Below, piece by piece: positions 20,903 to 29,267 of a stretch of DNA of 64,000 nt. The notes under the pieces were generated by a model. It was not told the DNA's origin. It did not search any database and saw nothing but the letters and a program-made list of their open reading frames with translations. The position numbers and the translations under genes are program-made. The DNA is taken from assembly GCA_947494675.1 (NCBI GenBank), contig CANLVP010000003.1, positions 233,791 to 297,790 on the forward strand. Direction: 5' to 3'. The stretch comes from an uncultured Rhodobacteraceae bacterium (lineage in GTDB: Bacteria > Pseudomonadota > Alphaproteobacteria > Rhodobacterales > Rhodobacteraceae). Each line of letters opens with the position of its first letter. The first letter of the stretch is position 1.

Positions 20903-21985
20903 ATGATGATCCTGGAAAAGCGCCCTCAGCCAAGTCAGCGCTGGGTCTTTGCGGCACCGCTGTTGGCGGTTGTTTTGACGATGGTTGTCGGCGGAATCCT
21001 GTTCGCCGCGCTGGGCAAGAACCCCGTCACGGTCATCCGCACGATCTTTTATGATCCGCTATTTTCTGAAAACGCGTGGTTCTATCGACCTGAGATCCTG
21101 ATCAAAGGCGGCCCTTTGGTGCTGTTGGCCATTGGCCTCAGCTTCGGATTCCGCGCGGGGATTTGGAACATCGGGGCCGAAGGGCAATATATCGTCGGCG
21201 CGATCTGCGGTGCAGCCGTGGGCTTAGCGCTTTATCCTGCAGAGACGCGGCTGATCTTTCCCTTGATGGTGCTGGCTGGGGCACTGGGGGGATGGGCCTG
21301 GGCCATGATCCCCGCGGTCCTGCGTGTGCGCTTTGGCACCAATGAAATTCTGGTGAGCCTCATGCTGGTCTACGTGGCCGAGCAATTGCTCGCCTCCATG
21401 GCGCTGGGGGCTCTGCGCAATCCCGAAGGCATGGGCTTTCCGGGCAGCCGCAACCTCAGCCAATGGCCCGCCGCCGCCAACAAGGAGCTGATCGCAGGCT
21501 CTGGCATGCATTGGGGCGTGTTGGCCGCCTTCATCGCGGTGATTTTCGCCTATATCGCCCTGTCCCGCCACCAATTCGGGTTCCATGTCCGCTTGTCCGG
21601 GCAAGCCCCCCGCGCGGCACGCTTTGCAGGCGTCAACCCCGGCCAGATGATCCTGATTTGTATGGGGATTTCGGGCGCCTTGGCGGGACTTGCAGGGTTG
21701 TTTGAAGTGACGGGCCCCGCAGGTCAGATCAGCATCGACTTCAACGTGGGCTACGGGTTTACCGCGATTATCGTGGCGTTTCTGGGCCGCTTGCACCCGG
21801 TCGGCATTTTGCTCGCCGGCGGGCTGATGGCGCTGACCTATGTCGGCGGCGGCATCGCACAAAGCCAACTTGGTCTACCCGTTGCGGCGATCCAATTGTT
21901 GCAAGGGATGCTGCTGTTTTTCCTGCTCGCCGTGGATGTGCTGACCAACTACCGATTCCGATTTGGACAGGGAGAGACGGCATGA
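20903..21985 (+). CDS. ABC transporter permease (BMP-family nucleoside importer)
   Basis: 360-aa polytopic membrane protein of the ribose/nucleoside permease type. Confidence 0.88.
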   Translation: MMILEKRPQPSQRWVFAAPLLAVVLTMVVGGILFAALGKNPVTVIRTIFYDPLFSENAWFYRPEILIKGGPLVLLAIGLSFGFRAGIWNIGAEGQYIVGAICGAAVGLALYPAETRLIFPLMVLAGALGGWAWAMIPAVLRVRFGTNEILVSLMLVYVAEQLLASMALGALRNPEGMGFPGSRNLSQWPAAANKELIAGSGMHWGVLAAFIAVIFAYIALSRHQFGFHVRLSGQAPRAARFAGVNPGQMILICMGISGALAGLAGLFEVTGPAGQISIDFNVGYGFTAIIVAFLGRLHPVGILLAGGLMALTYVGGGIAQSQLGLPVAAIQLLQGMLLFFLLAVDVLTNYRFRFGQGETA

Positions 21986-22293
21986 GTATTCCTCAGAAGC
22001 CTTTCCTCATCGGCGCATTGATGGCCCCAATGATGCTCTGGATGCTCCACGGTGTTCTGACCGACAACACCGGGATGACGATCTGGGCAGCACTGCTCTT
22101 TTTGGCGGCGCATGTGGCCGTGGGTCTGGTCGCACTTCTCGTAGCGATCCTCGCGACGCGACTTTCACCAACATGGAGGGACCGCTTGTCGCGCCTTCAC
22201 AAACCAAGCTTGCCCCATGTCGCACAAATGTTCGCAGGTATGGCCATCGCAGGCTTTATGACACATCTGTGGCTGCACGGAGGTCTGATCTGA
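21982..22293 (+). CDS. small His-rich three-helix membrane protein of unknown function
   Basis: 103-aa ORF. Its ATG overlaps the upstream permease stop (ATGA) and its TGA overlaps the downstream permease ATG (TGATG). Three hydrophobic segments carry 6 His. No other frame in this stretch looks protein-like. Confidence 0.55.
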   Translation: MSIPQKPFLIGALMAPMMLWMLHGVLTDNTGMTIWAALLFLAAHVAVGLVALLVAILATRLSPTWRDRLSRLHKPSLPHVAQMFAGMAIAGFMTHLWLHGGLI

Positions 22294-23207
22294 TGGACCT
22301 TTCTGCGATCAACCCCGTCCTCCTGCTTGCCTCGCTGATGGTAGCGGCAACGCCGATCCTGCTGGCGGCGGTTGGAGAACTTGTCGTGGAACGCGCAGGT
22401 GTCCTGAACCTTGGTGTCGAGGGTATGATGATCGTTGGCGCGATCAGTGGATTTAGCATCGCGGTGAGTACCGGATCACCTTGGCTGGGCTTCGTCAGCG
22501 CCGCCGTGGGGGGCGCGTTGCTGAGCCTACTGTTTGGCATCCTGACCCAGTATTTCCTGTCCAATCAGGTCGCGACCGGCCTTGCGCTCACGCTCTTTGG
22601 CTTGGGGCTGTCGGCGCTCATGGGGCAAGGCTACATCGGCATCAAAGCCCCCAGCTTTCCCGACTGGCACATCCCGCTGTTGGGCGACATCCCCGTTATT
22701 GGAGAGATCGTGTTCCAGCACGACCCGATGGTCTATGTCGGGCTGCTAATTGTCGCGGGCGTCTGGGCCTTTTTGAAATACAGCCGCGCGGGGTTGATCC
22801 TGCGCGCTGTTGGCGAAAACCATGATGCGGCACATGCGCTGGGCTATCACGTGATCCGCGTGCGGCTGATGGCGATCATGTTCGGCGGAGCCTGTGCAGG
22901 GCTTGGCGGCGCATACCTTAGCCTTGTGCGCGTGCCGCAATGGACCGAAGGCATGACCGCTGGTGCAGGCTGGATCGCGCTGGCCATCGTGGTCTTTGCA
23001 AGCTGGAAACCAGGGCGGCTTTTGCTGGGTGCCTATTTATTTGGCGGCGTGACTGTCTTGCAATTGAACCTGCAGGCCGCGGGCCTTGCGATCCCGGTCG
23101 AATACCTTTCCATGTCGCCCTACATTGCCACCATCGTCGTTCTGGTCATTATGTCGGCTGGACGTGCGCCCGGATCACTGGGCCGAATCTTTCACGCCTC
23201 ACGCTAG
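22293..23207 (+). CDS. ABC transporter permease (second permease of the BMP-family importer)
   Basis: The start is MDLSAINPVLLLASLMVAATPILLAAVGELV. The 330 nt upstream in the track ORF (21963..) translate to a non-protein-like sequence. Confidence 0.88.
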   Translation: MDLSAINPVLLLASLMVAATPILLAAVGELVVERAGVLNLGVEGMMIVGAISGFSIAVSTGSPWLGFVSAAVGGALLSLLFGILTQYFLSNQVATGLALTLFGLGLSALMGQGYIGIKAPSFPDWHIPLLGDIPVIGEIVFQHDPMVYVGLLIVAGVWAFLKYSRAGLILRAVGENHDAAHALGYHVIRVRLMAIMFGGACAGLGGAYLSLVRVPQWTEGMTAGAGWIALAIVVFASWKPGRLLLGAYLFGGVTVLQLNLQAAGLAIPVEYLSMSPYIATIVVLVIMSAGRAPGSLGRIFHASR

Positions 23208-23253
23208 GGGCAAACACCGGGTATGGGACCCGGGCTTAAACGGGAGAACTACC

Positions 23254-24339
23254 TTGAAAAGAAGAACGCTGCTGACGACCGCCGCCTTGGCCACCACATT
23301 GGCTGCCACTGGCTTGACCGCATACGCCGACGGCCATGAGCCGCTGAAAGTCGGCTTTGTCTATGTTGGCCCCGTGGGTGACGGTGGCTGGACCTATGAA
23401 CACGATCAGGGCCGCCTTGCTGTCGAAGAAGCCTTTGGCGACAAAGTCGAAACCGTGTTTGTGGAAAGCGTACCAGAAGGCCCCGATTCCGAGCGTGTGA
23501 TGACGCAAATGGCGCTCGACGGTGCGGACCTGATCTTTACCACATCCTTTGGCTACATGGACCCGACGATCAACGTTGCGGCCAAGTTCCCAGATGTGAA
23601 GTTTGAGCACGCCACGGGCTACAAAACCGCCGAGAACGTCAGCGTCTATTCCGCCCGCTTCTACGAAGGCCGCGCCGTGCAAGGCCACATCGCAGGCAAG
23701 ATGACCGAAAGTAACGTGGTGGGCTACATCGCATCGGTGCCAATCCCCGAAGTGATCCGTGGCATCAACTCTGCCTATCTGCACGCCAAGGCCGTAAACC
23801 CTGACGTGGAATTCAAGATCGTTTGGGTCTTTGAATGGTTCAACCCTGCCAAGGAAGCGGACGCTGCCAGCGTGCTGATCGAGCAAGGCGCTGACATCAT
23901 CCTGCAGCACACCGATTCAACCGCACCTTTGGCTGCCGCGGAAGAGGCTGGCGTGCTGGGCTTTGGTCAGGCCTCCGACATGGCCGCCTACAAAGACACC
24001 TCGCGCATCGGCTCCATCATCGACAACTGGGCACCCTACTACGTGGCCCGCACACAGGCCGTGATGGATGGCACGTGGGAAACCGTGAACACATGGGACG
24101 GTATGGACACCGGCATGGTCAAAATGGGTGAAATGACCGACAAGATTCCAGCCGACGTCCAGGCAGAGGCTGAAGCCATGGCCGCGGCGATCGCTGCGGG
24201 TGAATACAAGCCCTTCACTGGCCCCATCAACAAGCAAGACGGCAGCGTCTGGCTCGCCGAAGGTGAGACTGCTGATGATGGCACGCTTGCGGGCATGAAC
24301 TTCTTTGTCGAAGGCATCGTGGGCGACATCCCGCAATAA
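23254..24339 (+). CDS. BMP-family (PnrA-like) ABC transporter substrate-binding protein
   Basis: A TTG start lies after GGGAGA and gives the signal MKRRTLLTTAALATTLAATGLTAYA. VGFVYVGPVGDGGWTYEHD is typical of Bmp/PnrA nucleoside-binding proteins. Confidence 0.88.
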   Translation: MKRRTLLTTAALATTLAATGLTAYADGHEPLKVGFVYVGPVGDGGWTYEHDQGRLAVEEAFGDKVETVFVESVPEGPDSERVMTQMALDGADLIFTTSFGYMDPTINVAAKFPDVKFEHATGYKTAENVSVYSARFYEGRAVQGHIAGKMTESNVVGYIASVPIPEVIRGINSAYLHAKAVNPDVEFKIVWVFEWFNPAKEADAASVLIEQGADIILQHTDSTAPLAAAEEAGVLGFGQASDMAAYKDTSRIGSIIDNWAPYYVARTQAVMDGTWETVNTWDGMDTGMVKMGEMTDKIPADVQAEAEAMAAAIAAGEYKPFTGPINKQDGSVWLAEGETADDGTLAGMNFFVEGIVGDIPQ

Positions 24340-24354
24340 GCCTGCGCAAAACGA

Positions 24355-24393
24355 AAAAACGGGCCCGCGATCGCAAGGTGGCGGGCCTTTTTG
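24355..24393 (+). terminator. rho-independent terminator ending the xdh-ABC operon
   Basis: AAAAAAC-GGGCCCGC-(12-nt loop)-GCGGGCC-TTTTT. Confidence 0.8.
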
Positions 24394-24545
24394 CTGGAAT
24401 TGTCCCAAATCGCGAAACAATCCATAAAAAATTGGGGGTTCAGGTTCATACGTGACGTCAATGCCCAGCTATTCCCCCTTGTGGCGAAACTGTGGCAGCA
24501 GTATGTTCGTAACGTGAATGTGAATATTTTGGATGGTTCTTCGTT

Positions 24546-25259
24546 ATGAAAAAGACGCTTTCTGCTGCGCTGCTGGGTTTGACCCTTGTCGCCTCGCCCG
24601 CACTTTCCGCAACAATCGATGTTAACCAGCAAACGCCTGGCAACACGTTTGGTGTGCAGAATTGGAAGATCGTGTCTTCCTTCTACGCCGAAGGGAACCC
24701 CGCGCGGACCGGCTCCTTTTACACCGGTGCCTTCCAGCTGACGGCTGATGCCTTGGGTGACTTTGTCGCCTTCTGCCTGCAGCCGCTGGAAAACCTGAAC
24801 CTCAACAAGGACTACACACCGGGCACCAGCCTTGTGGACCCATCCTTAGGTGACCTGAACAACCTGATGGCCAACGCATTCTTTAACGTGCAGGACGCGA
24901 TCTCAGCAGCAGCCTTCCAGATGGCCGTTTGGGAACTGGCACATGACGCCGGTGACTACGACATCGACGCCGGTGATTTCCGTGTGACATCGCTGGCGCA
25001 GGGCTCTGACTCGCTCGCCGCTGCGACCCAAGCCCAGACATGGCTTGATCTTGTGAACGGCGACCAGCAATGGGCCGACAACGCAGCGGGCAAGAACTTC
25101 CTGATCATCTCTGCCGAAGGCACACAGGATCTGATCACCAATATCGACAACACCAACTTGGTGGGTGAGGTGCCGATCCCGGCCTCTGGTCTGTTGCTCT
25201 TGGGCGGTCTCTTTGGTGCAGGCGCTGCTGCACGCCGCAAGGCCCGCAAAGCCGCTTAA
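24546..25259 (+). CDS. secreted VPLPA-CTERM sorting-domain protein with thioester-domain-like Cys/Gln motifs
   Basis: Signal peptide MKKTLSAALLGLTLVASPALSA. The C-terminus is VPIPASGLLLLGGLFGAGAAARRKARKAA. AFCLQP (Cys77) and AFQMAVWEL (Gln125) are noted in the findings. Confidence 0.85.
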   Translation: MKKTLSAALLGLTLVASPALSATIDVNQQTPGNTFGVQNWKIVSSFYAEGNPARTGSFYTGAFQLTADALGDFVAFCLQPLENLNLNKDYTPGTSLVDPSLGDLNNLMANAFFNVQDAISAAAFQMAVWELAHDAGDYDIDAGDFRVTSLAQGSDSLAAATQAQTWLDLVNGDQQWADNAAGKNFLIISAEGTQDLITNIDNTNLVGEVPIPASGLLLLGGLFGAGAAARRKARKAA

Positions 25260-25280
25260 TCGCGCAAGCAAACAATACCA

Positions 25281-25318
25281 AAGCGCCGCGTTCCGCTGGG
25301 ACGCGGCGCTTTGCGTTT
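25281..25318 (+). terminator. rho-independent terminator
   Basis: AGCGCCGCGT-(9-nt loop)-ACGCGGCGCT, a 10-bp stem, followed by TTGCGTTT. Confidence 0.8.
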
Positions 25319-25351
25319 GAGACGGGCGCGCAGCCGTGCCACTCTGCCGTT

Positions 25352-26284
25352 ATGACAGATCTGACAACGCGCAACGGCGCCCCTCTTTCACGCCTGACCT
25401 TTGGCACCATGCAATTTGGCGGCGGCGCTGACGCCACCGCATCGCGCGCGATGTATGACGCAGCACGGGCTGCGGGCATCAACCATTTTGACACCGCCGT
25501 CGGCTACACCGATGGCGCGTCTGAAACCTTGCTTGGCCCCATGGTCGCCCCTGAACGCGACGACATTTATCTGGCGACCAAGCTTGGCAACACGGGTGGG
25601 AGTGGTGTGGCCAACCTCACCGCGCAATTTGACCAAGTGCGCCGACAGTTGGGCCTCGATACCGTTGATCTGCTTTATCTTCACCGGTTTGACGACGACA
25701 CCCCGCTGGAGGAAACCTTCACCTTCATGGCCGACCTGCAATCGCGCGGGTTGATCCGCCATATCGGCGTCAGCAACTACGCCGCGTGGCAAGTGATGAA
25801 GGCCCAAACCGTTTGCGCAACTCTAGGCACGCAGATCAACGTCATGCAGCCCATGTACAACCTTGTGAAACGGCAGGCCGAGGTTGAGCTTCTGCCGATG
25901 GCCGCCGATCAAGGCATTCTGACTTGCCCCTATTCCCCCTTGGGTGGCGGCTTGCTGACCGGCAAATATGTGGGCGGCGGCACAGGCAGATTGACCGAAA
26001 ACAAGATGTATGCCGACCGCTACGCCCCGCAATGGATGCACGATTCCGCCGCCGCGCTATCGTCCCTCGCCACTGATCTGGGCACCGACCCGGCCACGCT
26101 GGCCGTCGCTTGGGTCGCGGCCTCCCCGCACGCGGTTTCCCCCATCATCTCGGCCCGGTCCACCGCGCAATTGGCCCCGTCGCTCGCGGCAGAGGCGTTT
26201 GACATGACACCTGACTTATACGCGCAGATAAGCGCCCTCTCCCCGACACCCGCCCCCGCCACAGACCGGTTGGAAGAGCTATGA
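25352..26284 (+). CDS. aldo/keto reductase
   Basis: AKR pattern: FGTMQFGG, INHFDTAVGY, LYLHRFD, IGVSNY. Confidence 0.88.
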   Translation: MTDLTTRNGAPLSRLTFGTMQFGGGADATASRAMYDAARAAGINHFDTAVGYTDGASETLLGPMVAPERDDIYLATKLGNTGGSGVANLTAQFDQVRRQLGLDTVDLLYLHRFDDDTPLEETFTFMADLQSRGLIRHIGVSNYAAWQVMKAQTVCATLGTQINVMQPMYNLVKRQAEVELLPMAADQGILTCPYSPLGGGLLTGKYVGGGTGRLTENKMYADRYAPQWMHDSAAALSSLATDLGTDPATLAVAWVAASPHAVSPIISARSTAQLAPSLAAEAFDMTPDLYAQISALSPTPAPATDRLEEL

Positions 26285-27363
26285 CAGACATTCTCATCAT
26301 CGGCGGCGGCGTCGCGGGCCTGTCTGCCGCTGCACGCCTCTCTGCCCTCGGCCATGTCACCGTGATCGAGCGTGAGCGTAGCTTTGGCTACCATGCCTCT
26401 GGCCGGTCCGCCGCGCTTTATGAAAAGTCCTACGGCAAGCCCTCGACCGTCGCGCTCAGCCACGACAGCGAAGACTTCTTCCTCACCAACGCCCGTGGCG
26501 TTCTGTCCCCGCGCGGCCTGCTCCTGCTGGGTGGTCCTGATGATGATGCAGCGTTTGAGGCCGACACCAAGACCATGCAGCTTGCGGAAATCACGCTGGA
26601 TGACGCCACCGCGATGTTCCCGATCCTGAACCACGAAACCGTCACCCGCGCGGCCCATCACGCCGATGCCTGGGACATTGATACTGACCGCTTGCTCAAC
26701 ATCTTTCTGCAAACCCTGCGCAACAATCGCGGGGTCGCCCATGGCAATTGCAGCCCCACGCTCATCAACCGCACCCGCGACGGGTGGAGCGTGCAAACCA
26801 CGACCCAAGGCATCATCGGGGCAAAGCTTTTGGTGAATGCCGCCGGTGCCTGGGCGGATGAGGTGGCGCAAATGGCCCGCGTCGCACCTCTGGGCTTTAT
26901 CCCCAAACGCCGGTCCATGGGGCGCATCCCCGCGCCCGGCGACCATGACGTCAGCAGCTGGCCCATGGTCTTTGGTGTCGGCGAAAGCTGGTACGCGAAG
27001 CCTGACGCCGGTGCGCTCATCGTCTCCCCCGCCGACGAAGACCCGTCAGAGCCGATGGACGCCTTTGCCGATGATATGGTGCTGGCCGAAGGCATGGCGC
27101 GCTACGAACACCACGTCACCGAACCTGTGACCCGCATGCTCAGCAATTGGGCCGGATTGCGGACGTTTTCACCGGATGGCAATTTGGTGCTTGGCCCCGA
27201 TCCTACCGATCCCGCCTTTGTGTGGAGCGCGGGACAAGGCGGATATGGCTTTCAAACCGCTCCCGCCGCAAGCGCGTTGTTGGCGGATTTGGTTGCGGGG
27301 CGTCAGCCAGAGATGGACGCAGAGGTCGTGGCGCAACTCACGCCCGACCGCTACCGGACCTAG
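26281..27363 (+). CDS. FAD-dependent oxidoreductase (DAO family)
   Basis: The N-terminal dinucleotide fold is ILIIGGGVAGLSAAARL. The ATGA start overlaps the AKR stop. Confidence 0.85.
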   Translation: MTDILIIGGGVAGLSAAARLSALGHVTVIERERSFGYHASGRSAALYEKSYGKPSTVALSHDSEDFFLTNARGVLSPRGLLLLGGPDDDAAFEADTKTMQLAEITLDDATAMFPILNHETVTRAAHHADAWDIDTDRLLNIFLQTLRNNRGVAHGNCSPTLINRTRDGWSVQTTTQGIIGAKLLVNAAGAWADEVAQMARVAPLGFIPKRRSMGRIPAPGDHDVSSWPMVFGVGESWYAKPDAGALIVSPADEDPSEPMDAFADDMVLAEGMARYEHHVTEPVTRMLSNWAGLRTFSPDGNLVLGPDPTDPAFVWSAGQGGYGFQTAPAASALLADLVAGRQPEMDAEVVAQLTPDRYRT

Positions 27364-28298
27364 CCCACCATAGCCATCAATTCCCAGCTGCGGATTTGCG
27401 GCAAGGCCTCATCCTCTGGCTGCGGTTGGGACCGCAATTCGGGGTCATAGGACGCCGTTGCAGCCCCTTCGGCAAAGATCACCTGTGGTGCATCGAACAC
27501 CAGATGAAAGGCCTCAATCGCCGCCATATCCCGGTCAATCCGGATCGCATCAAAGGTCGAGGCAAGCGAGGACGCCTGCACCAGAACCCCGTCCACACCC
27601 AGCACATGACGCACGCGAATATTGCGATAAAGCATCTGTTGCTGCTGGCTGATCCACAGATCGCGACGCGGCAGGCCAAAGCCCAGCGCACCCGCCTCAA
27701 TCCGCACGGGCCAAAGGCGGCGCTCGGTGCGATAGGGCAGCCCGGCAAAGGTCTGACTGTGCACCGAGCGCAATGGCTGCGGCCCATTGTCGAGCGTCTC
27801 AATCACGTCGCCTTCTGCCAATTCCTCAATCGGACGCGGACCATTGACCGTGTCGATCAAGGTGCCGCCCATCAGGCTGGTCTGCATCGTGTCAAAGGTC
27901 ATCGCACTGTCAAACGGGATCGGAAGCCCGCCCGACTTGGGGAAACACCCCACAGCCAAACCAGCTGCTGGGCCTTCGGACGCCTTGAAGCTCGGCGTGC
28001 GGCTATCGATGGCATAAAACGCCTTTACCGGATGTGATCCAGTGACGTCCATCAACGCAATGGCGGTGGCCACATCGGGGTGGATCAGACTTGCTGGCAC
28101 GCTGCACCACATCCATCCTGTGGCCGGATCGACCCGCGCAGGCAGCTCTGACAAGGCCAGAGCGCTTTGCATGCAGCCGTCTGACGTATAGGTCGCGATC
28201 GAAAAATCCTGCAACCGCGCGCGATCACTCGGCGAGACAGAGACCGTGATATCGGGCTGCGCCCGGTGCGGTGGAAATACGCTGCTCAGAAAAGCCAT
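27360..28298 (-). CDS. Hint (Hedgehog/intein-like, BIL-type) domain protein
   Basis: The C-terminal half matches the Hint_2 pattern: GGTLIDTVNGPRPIEELAEGDVIETLDNGPQPLRSV ... FHLVFDAPQVIFAEGAATASY. The start was chosen at MAFLSSV (ATG at 28298). The track ORF extends to 28490. Confidence 0.8.
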   Translation of the reverse strand: MAFLSSVFPPHRAQPDITVSVSPSDRARLQDFSIATYTSDGCMQSALALSELPARVDPATGWMWCSVPASLIHPDVATAIALMDVTGSHPVKAFYAIDSRTPSFKASEGPAAGLAVGCFPKSGGLPIPFDSAMTFDTMQTSLMGGTLIDTVNGPRPIEELAEGDVIETLDNGPQPLRSVHSQTFAGLPYRTERRLWPVRIEAGALGFGLPRRDLWISQQQQMLYRNIRVRHVLGVDGVLVQASSLASTFDAIRIDRDMAAIEAFHLVFDAPQVIFAEGAATASYDPELRSQPQPEDEALPQIRSWELMAMVG

Positions 28299-28428
28299 GA
28301 TGCGCCCCTTTTGGTCTATTTGTCTCAAATCTGACCGATCCCTTAGGCGACAGGTTGTTTCCACTATGGAAAAATTGCGGCATCTGCGGCGGATTGAAAA
28401 ACCACGCAGCTTGCCCCATTTAGGCGGC

Positions 28429-28749
28429 ATGACCAAACTCAGCTTACGGGATCGCGCGCGCCTTCGGCTTGACCGGCAATTCCAATCCATAAGCCGCAGC
28501 TATCCATGGGCAGAGCGTCCGCTTGGCGTTTTGCGTCATCCGTATCTGTGGCTGATCCGGGTTCCGATTGCCATCTTCTTGATTTTAGGCAGTTTTCTGG
28601 CCGTCTTGCCGATCTTTGGCCTGTGGATGTTTCCTGTCGGACTTTTGCTCTTGGCTATCGACATCCCCCGTTTGCAGGCCCCGGTGGCCGCGGCAATCGT
28701 CCGGGGACGGCGGCGGATTGACCTCTGGCGGCACCGCAGACGAGGCTAG
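28429..28749 (+). CDS. small two-helix membrane protein, hypothetical
   Basis: MTKLSLRDRARL..., then IAIFLILGSFLAVLPIFGLWMFPVGLLLLAIDIP, then an Arg-rich tail. Confidence 0.55.
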   Translation: MTKLSLRDRARLRLDRQFQSISRSYPWAERPLGVLRHPYLWLIRVPIAIFLILGSFLAVLPIFGLWMFPVGLLLLAIDIPRLQAPVAAAIVRGRRRIDLWRHRRRG

Positions 28750-28802
28750 CGATTGCGGCCAAACCGCCCTAGGCTACGCACAATTCATACCGGAGCCTAA
28801 CG

Positions 28803-29267
28803 ATGAAACTGATTTCCCCCCTGATCGCCGCCACTTGTCTTTTTCCAACCTTCGCACTGGCCGATCAGGTGCAGCGTCTGTCGGCGGCAAACGACATCAT
28901 CCAAGAGAAAATGGAGGCCTTTTACGTCAGCCGCGTGCCCGAGCTTTCAGGTAAAATGCCTGATATGACGCTCGATACGGAAATGGAAACAGCCCTGCGC
29001 TGCACGCTCGACATGTTCGACGCAGAAGGCGGCGCTGGCACGGCGGAACGCTATGTGACCTCGCTTGAACAGGTCGCACAGGACTTTGAACTCACCGGCC
29101 TTGACCAGATCGACAGCGTCATGGGCGACATCGACGAAGCGCTTGGCCTCAAGGCGCTGCAAAGCTGCGGCATGTTCGACATCTCCATGCGCCGCATGCA
29201 GGCCAGCGGCATGATGGAGGCTTTGTCGAACCCAGACGTGATCCAAAGGCTGATGTCAGACGGCTAG
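28803..29267 (+). CDS. hypothetical periplasmic protein
   Basis: Signal peptide MKLISPLIAATCLFPTFALA followed by an acidic helical body. No domain recognised. Confidence 0.65.
   Translation: MKLISPLIAATCLFPTFALADQVQRLSAANDIIQEKMEAFYVSRVPELSGKMPDMTLDTEMETALRCTLDMFDAEGGAGTAERYVTSLEQVAQDFELTGLDQIDSVMGDIDEALGLKALQSCGMFDISMRRMQASGMMEALSNPDVIQRLMSDG

Noticed and set aside
21963-22292. 5' extension of the second permease ORF (the track ORF is 21963..23207)
   Set aside because: The first 110 or so codons translate to a charged, non-membrane sequence (MDRERRHEYSSEAF...). The permease homology starts at the ATG at 22293. The overlapping frame with three TM helices (21982-22293) is the better coding candidate.
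24452-24459. Perfect palindrome TGACGTCA upstream of the second VPLPA-CTERM gene
   Set aside because: It is a single 8-bp palindrome in an AT-rich promoter region, and I can assign no known alphaproteobacterial regulator motif to it. It is likely chance.
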